Below, one piece after another: positions 29,008 through 39,311 of a stretch of DNA of 50,034 nucleotides. The stretch covers positions 1-50,034 of the forward strand of contig JBNMLD010000002.1 of the NCBI GenBank assembly GCA_050874685.1, given 5' to 3'. The stretch's first letter is position 1. Each line of letters begins with the position of its first letter. The notes under the pieces were generated by a model. The model worked only from the letters and a program-made list of their open reading frames with translations, was not told the DNA's origin and searched no databases. The translations under genes were made by a program, and so were the position numbers. This DNA is from Candidatus Onthoplasma sp. (GTDB lineage Bacteria > Bacillota > Clostridia > Christensenellales > UBA1242).

Positions 29008-29379
29008 TTATTTAGGGCGCTTAGCACCGTATTTACTTCTACCTTGTTTACGTTTTTGAACAGCGGCAGTATCAAGTGCACCACGAACAACGTGATATCT
29101 TACACCTGGAAGGTCAGGAACACGACCACCACGAACCAATACAACATTGTGTTCTTGCAAGTTGTGGCCTTCGCCTGGGATATAACATGTTGTTTCTTTG
29201 CCATTAGATAAACGTACACGACAGATTTTACGTAAAGCTGAGTTTGGTTTTTTAGGTGTTGTTGTTGTAACTGTTAAGCACACACCACGTTTTTGTGGGC
29301 ATTCGTCCAAAAGGATTGATTGTGATTTAGCAGTTTGTTTAACACGACCTTTTCTTACCAATTGATTAACTGTAGGCAT
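29008..29379 (-). CDS. rpsL: 30S ribosomal protein S12
   Basis: [12 protein letters not shown]...[11 protein letters not shown]...[13 protein letters not shown]. 123 aa, colinear with E. coli numbering. Confidence 0.97.
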   Translation of the reverse strand: MPTVNQLVRKGRVKQTAKSQSILLDECPQKRGVCLTVTTTTPKKPNSALRKICRVRLSNGKETTCYIPGEGHNLQEHNVVLVRGGRVPDLPGVRYHVVRGALDTAAVQKRKQGRSKYGAKRPK

Positions 29380-29574
29380 TTTTCCTCCTTAAAAATTTGA
29401 GAAGTGGAAAGTTTTCCACATTTTTGTCACAATCTGTGACGATTTGTTTTGAATTTAAGCATGTTTCCAAAACAAGATTGCATTGCCTAGCAATGCTCGG
29501 TTGATTTTAAACTAAAACCAACAAAAAGCAACCTCTTCCTAATGGCAAAGCAGCATTTTGCCATAGTTGGAACG

Positions 29575-29603
29575 ATTATACTAAATTATAGCCATAAAGT
29601 CAA
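29575..29603 (-). promoter_or_regulatory. promoter of the str operon
   Basis: Minus strand: TTGACT (29603..29598), 17 nt, TATAAT (29580..29575). It is followed by a leader of about 190 nt containing four hairpins. Confidence 0.65.
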
Positions 29604-29892
29604 TAGTTTTAGCAATTTAAACATCTAAATTTTAGTGAGTTTATACCTAACATTTTTTATTTATTTGTTTTAACATTGCACAAATATGCTAGCAAAAACA
29701 AACCAAAATTTCTATATTTTTTTAAGATAATAATTTTATTATTAATATAAATACAGTTTATATCACAATTGAATACCATTGTTATTTTTTATCTCTTAAT
29801 ATGCAAAAGATGATGCTAAATAAAATAAACTTATCTCTATCACTGTTATTTATGAAAATTTCTTTTTTATTACAGTAAAAAATCAAAAGCAC

Positions 29893-29928
29893 AAAAAAAG
29901 GCCTGCCAGAACAAGCCTTTTGATTTTT
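29893..29928. terminator. terminator downstream of rplQ (bidirectional)
   Basis: AAAAGGC-12 nt loop-GCCTTTT, flanked by an A-run and a T-run. Confidence 0.55.
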
Positions 29929-30143
29929 AATTTTGTTTTAACTTTTTCGATTTGTCTTTTATCAAAGCAATGCTTAAACACTGTTAGTTGGTTTGTCTTT
30001 TGCGGTGATAATGCTTAAATGAAAAGTAAAATAATATTGAATGAAACAGGTTGATTAAAACACGCTTAATTTTAATTTAGCAAACTAAATCAATTCAATA
30101 ATTTGATATGTAATGATAAACATTACAAATAGCGCACATGGAA

Positions 30144-30653
30144 CTAGATAAGTTCAATGATTGCCATATCGGCATTGTCACCTTTACGTGTTCCAACTTT
30201 AAGGATACGAGTGTAACCGCCACCTTGACCAACTTCTTTAGCACGTGCTGCATATTTTGGAGCATACACATTGAAGATTTTTTCGCAAAGTGGATTTTTG
30301 ATGTTGTCTATACGTGTAAGGTAATCAGCTTTCTTTTCGCCTGGTTTGCGTTCTTCCTTAACTGAATAAGTTTTTGCCATGATTTTTCTGCGTGCAGCAA
30401 GTTTTTTAGGGCCATCGTTCATAACTTCACGAGTAACCTTTTCACCTTTAGCATTAACAGTTGTTTTTGTGACAGTTGTAACATCATCATAAGAATTGAT
30501 TGCAAGAGTCAACAATTTTTCAACATAACTTTTAAGAGATTTTGCACGAGCAACTGTTGTTTCGATTTTACCTTTCCAAAGCAAATCTGTTGCTTGATTG
30601 CGCATGATAGCAAGTCTTTCTTCAGTAGGACGACCTAATTTAGCATTTGACAT
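30144..30653 (-). CDS. rplQ: 50S ribosomal protein L17 (with an internal insertion of about 45 aa)
   Basis: KLGRPTEERLAIMRNQATDLL..GKIETTVARAK...GGGYTRILKVGTRKGDNADMAIIEL. Confidence 0.93.
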   Translation of the reverse strand: MSNAKLGRPTEERLAIMRNQATDLLWKGKIETTVARAKSLKSYVEKLLTLAINSYDDVTTVTKTTVNAKGEKVTREVMNDGPKKLAARRKIMAKTYSVKEERKPGEKKADYLTRIDNIKNPLCEKIFNVYAPKYAARAKEVGQGGGYTRILKVGTRKGDNADMAIIELI

Positions 30654-30667
30654 ATTGTTTGTCCTCC

Positions 30668-31624
30668 TTAATAATTTTCATTGCCTTCAAGGACAATGCC
30701 AAGTGCGTCAAGTTTAGCAATAACTTCTTCCATAGATTTAGCACCCATGTTACGAACTTTCATCATTTCACCACGAGTCTTTTTAGCAAGATCACCGATA
30801 GTGTCAATACCAGCACGTTTCAAGCAGTTATAACTACGAACGCTCAATTCCATTTCCTCAATAGGTTTTTCGTACAATTTTGTTCTTTCGTCTTCTTTAC
30901 GAGCAACTAAAATATTCATTCCGTCCATACCTTCAACAAGTTCAACGAACATAGTTGCATAGTCGTTAAGAAGTTTTGCAGAAAGTGCAACAACTTCTTT
31001 TGCACTAACTGTGCCACGTGTTTGAACGTCAAGCACAAGTTTATCATAGTCAAGGCTACGACCAACACGGCTTGATTGAACTTCAAAATTCACGCGTTTA
31101 ACAGGAGTGAATAATGAATCGATAGCGATGTAATCCACTTCATCAGAATATTCTTTGTTTTGACTTGCAGGCACATAACCACGACCACGACCAACATATA
31201 ATGTCATTTGAAGGTCTGCATCATCGTCAAGTGTGCAAATGTACAAATCAGGGTTTACAATTGAAATGCCTTCTTCACATTCAATATCTTTAGCATAAAC
31301 AACTTTTGGACCTTTAACATTTAAAGTCATTTTGCCTTTAAAGTCTTCGTCTTTACTTTCAGTTTTAACAGCCAAAGATTTCAAATTTAAAACAATATCT
31401 GGAACGTCTTCTGTTACGCCCTTGATTGTTGAAAATTCATGCAACACGCCTTTGATTTTGATACCAACAACTGCTGCACCTGGAAGAGAACTTAAAAGTG
31501 TTCTGCGCAACATATTGCCAATCGTAATGCCAAAACCTTTTTCCATAGGTTCTACTGTAATTATAGCATTTGCCCCATTGTCTGATTCTTCAAAAAGAAT
31601 TTTTGGTTTTTCGATTTCCATCAT
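30668..31624 (-). CDS. rpoA: DNA-directed RNA polymerase subunit alpha
   Basis: EPMEKGFGITIGNMLRRTLLSSLPG, and a C-terminal domain with ELSVRSYNCLKRAGIDTIGDL. Confidence 0.96.
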   Translation of the reverse strand: MMEIEKPKILFEESDNGANAIITVEPMEKGFGITIGNMLRRTLLSSLPGAAVVGIKIKGVLHEFSTIKGVTEDVPDIVLNLKSLAVKTESKDEDFKGKMTLNVKGPKVVYAKDIECEEGISIVNPDLYICTLDDDADLQMTLYVGRGRGYVPASQNKEYSDEVDYIAIDSLFTPVKRVNFEVQSSRVGRSLDYDKLVLDVQTRGTVSAKEVVALSAKLLNDYATMFVELVEGMDGMNILVARKEDERTKLYEKPIEEMELSVRSYNCLKRAGIDTIGDLAKKTRGEMMKVRNMGAKSMEEVIAKLDALGIVLEGNENY

Positions 31625-31638
31625 AATTATTTCTCCTA

Positions 31639-32256
31639 TTATCTTGAATAAAATTCGACAATCAAGTGTTCTTGAATGTTCAAGTCAATGTCATCACGTT
31701 CTGGTAATGCCAAAACTTTACCTGTAAGGCTTTCCATATTAAATTCAAGCCATTTTGGTGTGTTGACTTTTGTTTCTTTCAAGTTTTTGAACATGTCAAG
31801 TTCTTGTTTGCTTTCCTTAACAGCAATCACGTCACCAACTTTAACTTGGTATGATGGGATATTAACCTTTTTACCATTAACAGTGATGTGACCATGGTTT
31901 ACGATTTGTCTAGCTTCAGCACGAGATGAACCCAAACCACAACGATAAACCACATTGTCAAGCCTTAATTCAAGCATTTTAAGCAAAGCCCAACCTGTAG
32001 CTTCTTTGCTAGCAGCGGCTTTTTCATAACAAATTCTAAATTGTTTTTCAAGCAAGCCATAGTTACGTCTAACTTTATTCTTTTCACGCAATTGAACGCC
32101 ATATTCACTGATTTTCTTTCTTGCTGTGCCGTGTTGTCCTGGAACAACTGGACGTTTATCGAAAGAACATTTAGTTAAGCATCTTTCACCTTTCAAGAAA
32201 AGTTTGCAACCTTCCCTACGGCATTGTTTACAACTTGGACAAGTATTTTTTGCCAT
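31639..32256 (-). CDS. rpsD: 30S ribosomal protein S4
   Basis: N-terminal CPSCKQCRREG zinc-type motif, YGVQLREKNKVRR, and an S4 RNA-binding domain (RLDNVVYR..SRAEARQIVNHGHI). Confidence 0.96.
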   Translation of the reverse strand: MAKNTCPSCKQCRREGCKLFLKGERCLTKCSFDKRPVVPGQHGTARKKISEYGVQLREKNKVRRNYGLLEKQFRICYEKAAASKEATGWALLKMLELRLDNVVYRCGLGSSRAEARQIVNHGHITVNGKKVNIPSYQVKVGDVIAVKESKQELDMFKNLKETKVNTPKWLEFNMESLTGKVLALPERDDIDLNIQEHLIVEFYSR

Positions 32257-32264
32257 ATTTCCTC

Positions 32265-32657
32265 CTATAACCTTCTAGCCTTAGGTGGTCTGCAACCATT
32301 GTGAGCGATTGGAGATACGTCTTTAATCATAGTAACTTGAAGACCAGCAGTTCCAACTGCACGGATAGCAGATTCACGAGCAACGCCCGCACCTTTGACA
32401 TAAATTGCAACTTTAGTGATACCAAAGTTAGCAACATCTTTTAAGCATGCTTCAACAGCATCTTGTGCTGCAAATGGAGTGGTCTTTTTTGCACCACGGT
32501 TACCACGAGCACCTGCGCTTGATTGAGCAAGAAGGTTGCCTTGGCAAGTTAAAGATACGATTGTGTTGTTTGGACCAGCCAAAATATGCACTTCGCCTTC
32601 ACCATTAGGGGCTAAAAATTTCTTTTTCTTTACAACTTTTTTAGTAGTGTTAGCCAT
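32265..32657 (-). CDS. rpsK: 30S ribosomal protein S11
   Basis: VHI....NNTIVSLT...G..GARG.KKTTPFAAQ...HNGCRPPKARR. Confidence 0.97.
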   Translation of the reverse strand: MANTTKKVVKKKKFLAPNGEGEVHILAGPNNTIVSLTCQGNLLAQSSAGARGNRGAKKTTPFAAQDAVEACLKDVANFGITKVAIYVKGAGVARESAIRAVGTAGLQVTMIKDVSPIAHNGCRPPKARRL

Positions 32658-32667
32658 TTATTCCTCC

Positions 32668-33036
32668 TTACTTCTTCTTGTTTGCTATTGTCTTTTTAGG
32701 ACCTTTACATGTACGAGCATTTTGCTTGCTTGATTGACCACGAACAGGCAAATGTGCAATGTGACGAAGTCCACGATAGCATCTGATTTCTTTTAATCTT
32801 TTGATGTCTAATGCAACATCTTTACGTTTTTCACCTTCAACGGTGTAATTTGCTTCAATATATTTACGAATTGCAGCAATATCGTTTTCGGTAAGATCTT
32901 TGACACGAGTGTCAGGGTTAATCCCTGTTTCAGCCAAAATTTTGTTGGAAGTGGTTCTACCGATACCGTAGATATAAGTCAAACCAATTTCCACTCTTTT
33001 TTCATTAGGTAAATCCACACCGGATATACGAGCCAT
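32668..33036 (-). CDS. rpsM: 30S ribosomal protein S13
   Basis: [27 protein letters not shown]. The start at 33036 has a GGAGGAA RBS; the track ORF is 26 codons too long. Confidence 0.96.
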   Translation of the reverse strand: MARISGVDLPNEKRVEIGLTYIYGIGRTTSNKILAETGINPDTRVKDLTENDIAAIRKYIEANYTVEGEKRKDVALDIKRLKEIRCYRGLRHIAHLPVRGQSSKQNARTCKGPKKTIANKKK

Positions 33037-33335
33037 TTTGATTCCTCCAAATAATATTTGTGATGCTTTTATGTGCGCTTGCCAAAGGCAAACATGTATT
33101 TTAAACATTATCAATTGTTAAATTAAGTAAAATTTAAAATTTGCTTCCAAATCCCAATAAGCATCAAAATTAGGATTTTGGATTATTTACGTCAAGAACA
33201 AAGTTCAAAACATAATTTTATATTGGTTATTATACTCACAACACCAAATTGCCGCGAGGTGTTATGCTTGTTTTCAAATTTAGTTTGTCAATATGCTTTG
33301 TAAGGATAGTACTTACAAACAAAGACAGTCAAGGG

Positions 33336-33452
33336 TTAGCCTTGACGTTGTTTATGTTTAGGTGATTTTGAACAGATTACCATAACTTTACCGTTACGTT
33401 TGATAACCTTGCATTTTTCACAAATTGGTTTAACAGATGGACGCACCTTCAT
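33336..33452 (-). CDS. rpmJ: 50S ribosomal protein L36
   Basis: Not in the ORF track because it is under 60 aa. I translated it by hand as [38 protein letters not shown], with an AAGGAG RBS. Confidence 0.93.
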   Translation of the reverse strand: MKVRPSVKPICEKCKVIKRNGKVMVICSKSPKHKQRQG

Positions 33453-33513
33453 GCTATTTATCTCCTTTTTGAGTTAAAAATTTAAAATTTGCAGACTGGT
33501 TCAGTTTTCAAAT

Positions 33514-33735
33514 TTAGTTTTTATCACGCCAAACGATTCTGCCTTTGGTTAAGTCATAAGGTGTCATTTCAACTTTAACTTTGTCGCCAAGCAAAACACG
33601 TATTTTATTAGTACGCAACTTGCCTGAAACATAAGCAGTGATGTAATGATTGTTCATGATTTTAACCTTGAAATTGCCATTTGATAAAACATCAACAATT
33701 TCGCCTTCTACATCGATAACATCTTCTTTCGACAT
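33514..33735 (-). CDS. infA: translation initiation factor IF-1
   Basis: [24 protein letters not shown]....[34 protein letters not shown]. Confidence 0.96.
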   Translation of the reverse strand: MSKEDVIDVEGEIVDVLSNGNFKVKIMNNHYITAYVSGKLRTNKIRVLLGDKVKVEMTPYDLTKGRIVWRDKN

Positions 33736-33736
33736 A

Positions 33737-34009
33737 TTACTCCTTTACATTTTGATATACTTTAAGCATATTGTAGATTTCAGTGTCAGTGACGATTGGT
33801 GAAAGGAACTTGTTGTAGATCATTTCATCATGCGCCAACTTCACCAAGTGTTTTGGATTTTTTGTCTTTAATTTGTTACGAACTCGAAATCTACCATCTA
33901 TTATAACAGGATATCCAATTTTGTCAATAGAAACCACTAAAAATATGCGGTTTTTATCGTGTCCTGCAACCGACTTTACAATATCACCGGCTGTAAATTG
34001 ATTGTTCAT
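33737..34009 (-). CDS. KOW-domain small protein (map-infA spacer gene typical of Bacillota)
   Basis: [23 protein letters not shown] is a KOW-like motif. The gene sits between map and infA. Confidence 0.7.
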   Translation of the reverse strand: MNNQFTAGDIVKSVAGHDKNRIFLVVSIDKIGYPVIIDGRFRVRNKLKTKNPKHLVKLAHDEMIYNKFLSPIVTDTEIYNMLKVYQNVKE

Positions 34010-34016
34010 ACCTCTC

Positions 34017-34763
34017 CTATAATGACAGAATTTCTACACCATCTTTTGTTATCAAAATAGTGTTTTCATAATGCGCTGCTGGAAGACCGTCCCAAGTGGA
34101 AATTGTCCAATCGTTGTCTTCCATAACCACATCACGTTTGCCAAGTGTGACCATTGGTTCAATTGCCAAAGTCATACCTGCTTGCAATACAATACCTGAA
34201 TTGTATTTGCCATAGTTTGGCACATAAGGGTCTTCGTGCATTTCTGTACCAATCCCGTGCCCAGTTAACTCACGCACAACACCATATCCACGATCTTCAA
34301 GATATTTTTGGATTTGGTGGCTGATATTACCCAGCCTACTGCCAGCCTTAATACCTTTAAGACCTTCAAAGAATGATTGTTTTGTATCGTTAATTAACTT
34401 TTGTTTTTCAATTGAGATATTGCCAACAGGGAAAGTCCTTGCGGCATCACTCTGCCACCCGTTGTAGATGACGCCACAGTCAATGCTGATTATGTCGCCA
34501 TCTATTAAAGGCTGATCATTACAAAATCCGTGCACCACTTGTTCATTTACACTTGCACAAATGGTAAACGGAAAACCCTCGTATCCGAGGAAGGAAGGAA
34601 TAGCGCCTTGGGATTTAATATATTGATAGGCCAAATCGTTAAGGCGCAAACTTGTTTGGCCAGGAAATATGTGTTGTTCAAGCATATTCAAGGTATCCCT
34701 TAAAATTTTGCCTGCTTGACGCATAATTTCAATTTGTTCTTCATTTTTAATGGTTATACTCAT
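34017..34763 (-). CDS. map: type I methionine aminopeptidase
   Basis: VVHG, DIISIDCG, HGIG, LAIEPM and HYENT metal-site motifs. Confidence 0.95.
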   Translation of the reverse strand: MSITIKNEEQIEIMRQAGKILRDTLNMLEQHIFPGQTSLRLNDLAYQYIKSQGAIPSFLGYEGFPFTICASVNEQVVHGFCNDQPLIDGDIISIDCGVIYNGWQSDAARTFPVGNISIEKQKLINDTKQSFFEGLKGIKAGSRLGNISHQIQKYLEDRGYGVVRELTGHGIGTEMHEDPYVPNYGKYNSGIVLQAGMTLAIEPMVTLGKRDVVMEDNDWTISTWDGLPAAHYENTILITKDGVEILSL

Positions 34764-35377
34764 TTTATCACCCTCATCACATCTTCAAGCACCTGTTTTG
34801 GTGACCTGCTTGCATCAACATCAACAACTTTAACACCCCAAGATTTATACAAATCTAAAAGCGGTAAAGTGTCTTTTTCAAAAATTTCAAATCTTTTGTT
34901 TATTGATTCAATAGTATCGTCCGCACGGGTTGCCAATTTGCCACCACATGCTGGGCAATTTTCTCCATTAACTGCTGATTTTTTTGTTATCATTTTGCAA
35001 TTTGTGCAAGTTAAACGATTAAGCAACCTATCAACCGCTTTATCCTTGCTTAAATTGAGATGAATAACAAGGTCTATATCCATAAAATCTTTCAAACGTT
35101 TTGCTTGATTAGGTTCACGAGGGAAGCCGTCAAACACAACATTTTTAGATTTTATAGCTTTAAGTTTGTTTTGCAAAACTGCCATAACTGTGTCAGTGTC
35201 AACAAGCGCACCTGCATTGATACGTTCAGCGATAAACTTACCAAGTTCAGAGCCTGTTGCAATTTCATCACGAAACAGTTGACCAGTTGAAATCAATTCA
35301 AAATCAATTACATTTTGAAGTTCAGCAACAAGTGTACCTTTTCCAGAACCTTGAATGCCGATTAAAACGATATTCAT
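34760..35377 (-). CDS. adk: adenylate kinase (zinc-lid type)
   Basis: P-loop GIQGSGKGT, DGFPR, and lid CTNC...CPACGG. It overlaps map by 4 nt. Confidence 0.95.
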   Translation of the reverse strand: MNIVLIGIQGSGKGTLVAELQNVIDFELISTGQLFRDEIATGSELGKFIAERINAGALVDTDTVMAVLQNKLKAIKSKNVVFDGFPREPNQAKRLKDFMDIDLVIHLNLSKDKAVDRLLNRLTCTNCKMITKKSAVNGENCPACGGKLATRADDTIESINKRFEIFEKDTLPLLDLYKSWGVKVVDVDASRSPKQVLEDVMRVIK

Positions 35378-35454
35378 ATAACCCCTTTTGAAGACAAAGT
35401 CTCAAATAGAAACTTTGTTATTGTGGATAAGCCAACAATAATAAAATTGCCAGC

Positions 35455-36765
35455 CTATTTTAAAAATCCACGATAATTTTTTGCAAGCATTTGCGCTTCA
35501 AGTTGTTTATCAAATTCAAGGGCAACAGAAACAACGATAAGCATACCAGTTGCACTGAATGCACTTGTAACACCACCTGCACCAATTGCAGTGAAGAGCA
35601 ATGTTGGAACAAGTGCCATGAATGCCAAGAAAATTGCACCAAAGAGAGTAATTCTCTTGTTGATATTGCCTAAATAATCTGCTGTTGGCTTACCAGGACG
35701 AATACCTTGAATAAAGCCACCATTTTGTTGAATTTGACGTGAAATTTGTTCAGTATCAAATTGAAGTGATGAATAGAAATATGCAAAACCTAAAATCAAA
35801 AGTGACAATACAATTGCATAAATCCAACTGCCTGCACCAAGCCATTTATTCCACCAACCGATGAAACCACCAGTCGCATTAGGATTGATGATTGACATGA
35901 TAAGTTGTGGGAATGAAAGGATTGTACTTGCAAAGATGATTGGCATAACGCCATTTGCATTTACACGGATAGGAATGAATGTTGATTGACCACCATACAT
36001 TTTTCTACCCTTCATTTGTTTTGCGTATTGTACGTTTACACGTCTTTCACCGCCGTCAACAAAGACAACAAGTGCAAAGATTAATACCAAAACAACAATG
36101 AATAAAATTAAACGCCAAATTGCTCTTTGTGTTGTTTCGCCACCAACTGTCATATCTTGGAAGTTACCAAAGATAGTTGTTGCGCCACTTGACAAGATAC
36201 CAACAAAAATCAACAATGACATACCATTGCCAATGCCTAACTCTGTGATTTTTTCACCAAGCCAAACAGTGAACATAGCACCAGCAACAAGCATTGTTAC
36301 AACAAATGCGTAGAATACAAATTTGTTGTTGCCAAAAGCTGTTAAATCAGCATAACTTGCTGTGTTAAAGCCAATAGCGATACCAAGAGCTTGCGCAATT
36401 GCAATGATAAGCGCTGCAATTTTTGTGTATAAATTTAAACGTTTTCTACCATCAGCACCACCATCTTTTGCCATTGCTTGCCAGCTAGGGATAACTGCGC
36501 TTAACAATTGAATAATAATGCTAGATGTGATGTAAGGGGAAACACCTAATGCCAAGAATGAACCTTGACTTAAAGCGCCACCACTTACTGCACTTAACAG
36601 ACTTAAGAAAGTGTTACTTTCTACGTTACTGCTATATGCCCCGCTGTCAACACCAGGGATTGGGATCCAACAACCAAGGCGGTAAATGAATAATAAGAGA
36701 ATAGTTAAAAGTAACTTATTTCTTATTTCCTTAATTTTAAATGCGTCAGCTAATGTTTTAAACAT
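35455..36765 (-). CDS. secY: preprotein translocase subunit SecY
   Basis: 10-TM protein with LGVSPYITSSIIIQLL and GNGMSLLIF motifs. Confidence 0.96.
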   Translation of the reverse strand: MFKTLADAFKIKEIRNKLLLTILLLFIYRLGCWIPIPGVDSGAYSSNVESNTFLSLLSAVSGGALSQGSFLALGVSPYITSSIIIQLLSAVIPSWQAMAKDGGADGRKRLNLYTKIAALIIAIAQALGIAIGFNTASYADLTAFGNNKFVFYAFVVTMLVAGAMFTVWLGEKITELGIGNGMSLLIFVGILSSGATTIFGNFQDMTVGGETTQRAIWRLILFIVVLVLIFALVVFVDGGERRVNVQYAKQMKGRKMYGGQSTFIPIRVNANGVMPIIFASTILSFPQLIMSIINPNATGGFIGWWNKWLGAGSWIYAIVLSLLILGFAYFYSSLQFDTEQISRQIQQNGGFIQGIRPGKPTADYLGNINKRITLFGAIFLAFMALVPTLLFTAIGAGGVTSAFSATGMLIVVSVALEFDKQLEAQMLAKNYRGFLK

Positions 36766-37211
36766 TATACCTCCTCTATACTGCCACCTTGTGCTGTAAT
36801 TTTATCTTTTGCTGTTGCTGTAAATTTGTTAGCAACAACTTTTAAAGCAACAGTAAGTTCGCCATTGCCCAAAATTTTAACGCCGTCTTTTTCAACTTTT
36901 GAAAGGATACCACTTTCAAGGAGTTTAACAGCATCAACAGTTGTGTTAGCTTCAAAAATATTCAAAGCGCCAACGTTCACAACAGAATATACTTTTTTAA
37001 ATTTAGCATTGCTAAATCCTTTGATAGGAACTCTTCTGTACAAAGGGTTTTGACCACCTTCAAATCCAGGACGAACACCGCCACCAGAACGAGCATTTTG
37101 GCCTTTGTGACCTTTACCAGAGGTTTTGCCTACACCACTACCGATACCACGACCAAGACGTTTTTTGCTTGTCCTAGCGCCTTCGGCATAAGTTAATTCG
37201 TGTATATACAT
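36765..37211 (-). CDS. rplO: 50S ribosomal protein L15
   Basis: [26 protein letters not shown]. Confidence 0.96.
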   Translation of the reverse strand: MYIHELTYAEGARTSKKRLGRGIGSGVGKTSGKGHKGQNARSGGGVRPGFEGGQNPLYRRVPIKGFSNAKFKKVYSVVNVGALNIFEANTTVDAVKLLESGILSKVEKDGVKILGNGELTVALKVVANKFTATAKDKITAQGGSIEEV

Positions 37212-37221
37212 AATCTCTCCT

Positions 37222-37419
37222 TTACGCTTCTTCTTCCACTTTTAACAAGTGTTTAACTTTGAAGATGCTTCCTCTTATACAATCGTTGTCAGGAAGAACA
37301 CGGGTTTGACCAAGTTTTTTGAAACCAAGGGCTTCAACAACTTTGGCTTGTTCTTTATTATAACCAACAGCACTCTTTACGTAAGTAACTTTGATGGTTT
37401 TTTGTGATTTTTTAGCCAT
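37222..37419 (-). CDS. rpmD: 50S ribosomal protein L30
   Basis: [30 protein letters not shown]. Confidence 0.95.
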   Translation of the reverse strand: MAKKSQKTIKVTYVKSAVGYNKEQAKVVEALGFKKLGQTRVLPDNDCIRGSIFKVKHLLKVEEEA

Positions 37420-37427
37420 ATATCCTC

Positions 37428-37955
37428 CTAAATTTCTTCAACTGATTTGCCACGGAGAAGAGCAACTTGTTCTTTTGTTCTTAATGATTTAAGACCATTC
37501 AAAGTAGCCCTAGCAACGTTGATTTTGTCAGTTGAGCCATAAATTTTTGCAGTTAAATCTGTGTAACCTGCCATTTCAAATACAGTACGAGCCGCACCAC
37601 CAGCAATCAAACCGCTACCTTTTTTAGAAGGAAGCATTTTAACGCTTGTTTTAGCAAATTTGCCAATGATTTCGTGTGGGATTGTACCATCAATTACAGG
37701 AACAGTAATTAAAGATTTTTTAGCAGCTTTTGTTGCTTTTTCGATAGCAGCTGGAACTTCGGCAGCTTTTGCCAAGCCCATGCCAACTCTACCCTTTTTG
37801 TCACCTACGATAACAAGAGCAGAAAAACGCATTGTACGGCCACCCTTAACAACTTTTGTTACACGGCGTACGTCCAACATTTTCTTGTCGAATTCGTCTT
37901 TGATTTCTTCTCTTTCTCTAGGCTTTCTAAATTCACGTTTTTGTTGTTGTGCCAT
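37428..37955 (-). CDS. rpsE: 30S ribosomal protein S5
   Basis: RVTKVVKGGRTMRFSALVIVGDKKGRVGMGLAKA. Confidence 0.97.
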   Translation of the reverse strand: MAQQQKREFRKPREREEIKDEFDKKMLDVRRVTKVVKGGRTMRFSALVIVGDKKGRVGMGLAKAAEVPAAIEKATKAAKKSLITVPVIDGTIPHEIIGKFAKTSVKMLPSKKGSGLIAGGAARTVFEMAGYTDLTAKIYGSTDKINVARATLNGLKSLRTKEQVALLRGKSVEEI

Positions 37956-37964
37956 AATCTCTCC

Positions 37965-38333
37965 TTAAAATTCCAAGCCACCGGCTCTAGCGCCGTCAGC
38001 AAGTTCTTTAACTCTTCCTGTGTAAAGATATCCACCACGATCAAATACAACAGTTTTGATTTTTGCTTTTTTAGCAAGTTTAGCGATTTGTTCGCCAACA
38101 AATCTAGCTGCTTCTTTGTTTGTCATATCTTTAACTTGTTCTTTGATTTCTTTTTGAGTTGTGTTGCAAGCAACAAGAGTAACACCCTTTGTATCATCAA
38201 TGATTTGAGCATAAATGTTGCTTAAACTACGATACACACAAAGACGTGGGCAAGCGCTTGTACCAGATAAATTATGACGTAATCTGATATGGCGTTTAAC
38301 ACGTTTTGCATTTTTATTTTCTTTATTTATCAT
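37965..38333 (-). CDS. rplR: 50S ribosomal protein L18
   Basis: RLCVYRSLSNIYAQIIDD...VFDRGGYLYTGRVKELADGARAGGLEF. Confidence 0.97.
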   Translation of the reverse strand: MINKENKNAKRVKRHIRLRHNLSGTSACPRLCVYRSLSNIYAQIIDDTKGVTLVACNTTQKEIKEQVKDMTNKEAARFVGEQIAKLAKKAKIKTVVFDRGGYLYTGRVKELADGARAGGLEF

Positions 38334-38343
38334 AACTTACCTC

Positions 38344-38889
38344 CTACTTTTTCTTACCGGCAGCCTTACCTGGTTTTAAGATGACTGGTTCATTTGTGTA
38401 ATGAATGCCATAACCATGGTATGGTTCCATTGGGCGGATTGCACGAATTTTTGCTGCAACTTCGCCAACTAATTCTTTGTTTGCACCACAAACAAGGATT
38501 GTGTTGTTGTCTGGAACTTCAAATGTGATACCTGCTGGTTCTTCAACTTCAACAGGGTGAGACAAACCTAAAGCCATAACCAATTTTTTGCCTTGTTTGT
38601 TGAGTTTGTAACCGACACCATTAACTGTCAAAGATTTTTTATAACCATCTTTAACGCCCATAACCATGTTATGGATAAGTTGACGATACAAACCTTGTTT
38701 TGCATTGCTATCTGTTGTGTCATCAAGACGTGTAACATAAACGTGACCATCTTTAACTTCAACTGCAATATTTTTTGAAAATTCTTGAGTTAAAGTATCT
38801 TTAGCACCTTTAACTGTTACAACATGACCATTAACTTCAACAGTAACACCTGCTGGGATAGCGACAGGTAATTTACCAATTCTTGACAT
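38344..38889 (-). CDS. rplF: 50S ribosomal protein L6
   Basis: MSRIGKLPVAIPAGVTVEV....VTVKG.KDTL...EPYHGYGI.Y. Confidence 0.97.
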   Translation of the reverse strand: MSRIGKLPVAIPAGVTVEVNGHVVTVKGAKDTLTQEFSKNIAVEVKDGHVYVTRLDDTTDSNAKQGLYRQLIHNMVMGVKDGYKKSLTVNGVGYKLNKQGKKLVMALGLSHPVEVEEPAGITFEVPDNNTILVCGANKELVGEVAAKIRAIRPMEPYHGYGIHYTNEPVILKPGKAAGKKK

Positions 38890-38900
38890 ATCTTACCCTC

Positions 38901-39299
38901 CTACCATACATAAGCGAGCACTTCGCCGCCTACGTTCATTTTTCTAGCAACCTTATCTGTAACGATGCCTTTGCTTGTTGAAACAATTGCAATACCAAGA
39001 CCATTAAGAACTTGTGGTAATTGTTCAGCGTTAGCATAAATTCTCAAACCAGGTTTGCTGATTCTTTTGAGCCCTTGAATAACTTTTTCGCCATTAGGAC
39101 CATATTTAAGTGTGATTTCAATCATGTTGACACCGTCAACAACTTCTGTTTTGTAATCAACAATAAAACCTTCATTTTTTAAGATTTCAGCGATTGCAAG
39201 TTTGGTTTTTGATTGAGGAATAAGCACACTTTCATGCTTTGACATATTCGCATTGCGGATACGTGTAAGCATATCTGCGATTGGGTCTATACTTAACAT
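38901..39299 (-). CDS. rpsH: 30S ribosomal protein S8
   Basis: [13 protein letters not shown]......[17 protein letters not shown]...GGEVLAYVW. Confidence 0.97.
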   Translation of the reverse strand: MLSIDPIADMLTRIRNANMSKHESVLIPQSKTKLAIAEILKNEGFIVDYKTEVVDGVNMIEITLKYGPNGEKVIQGLKRISKPGLRIYANAEQLPQVLNGLGIAIVSTSKGIVTDKVARKMNVGGEVLAYVW

Positions 39300-39311
39300 A
39301 ATCTCTCCTTT

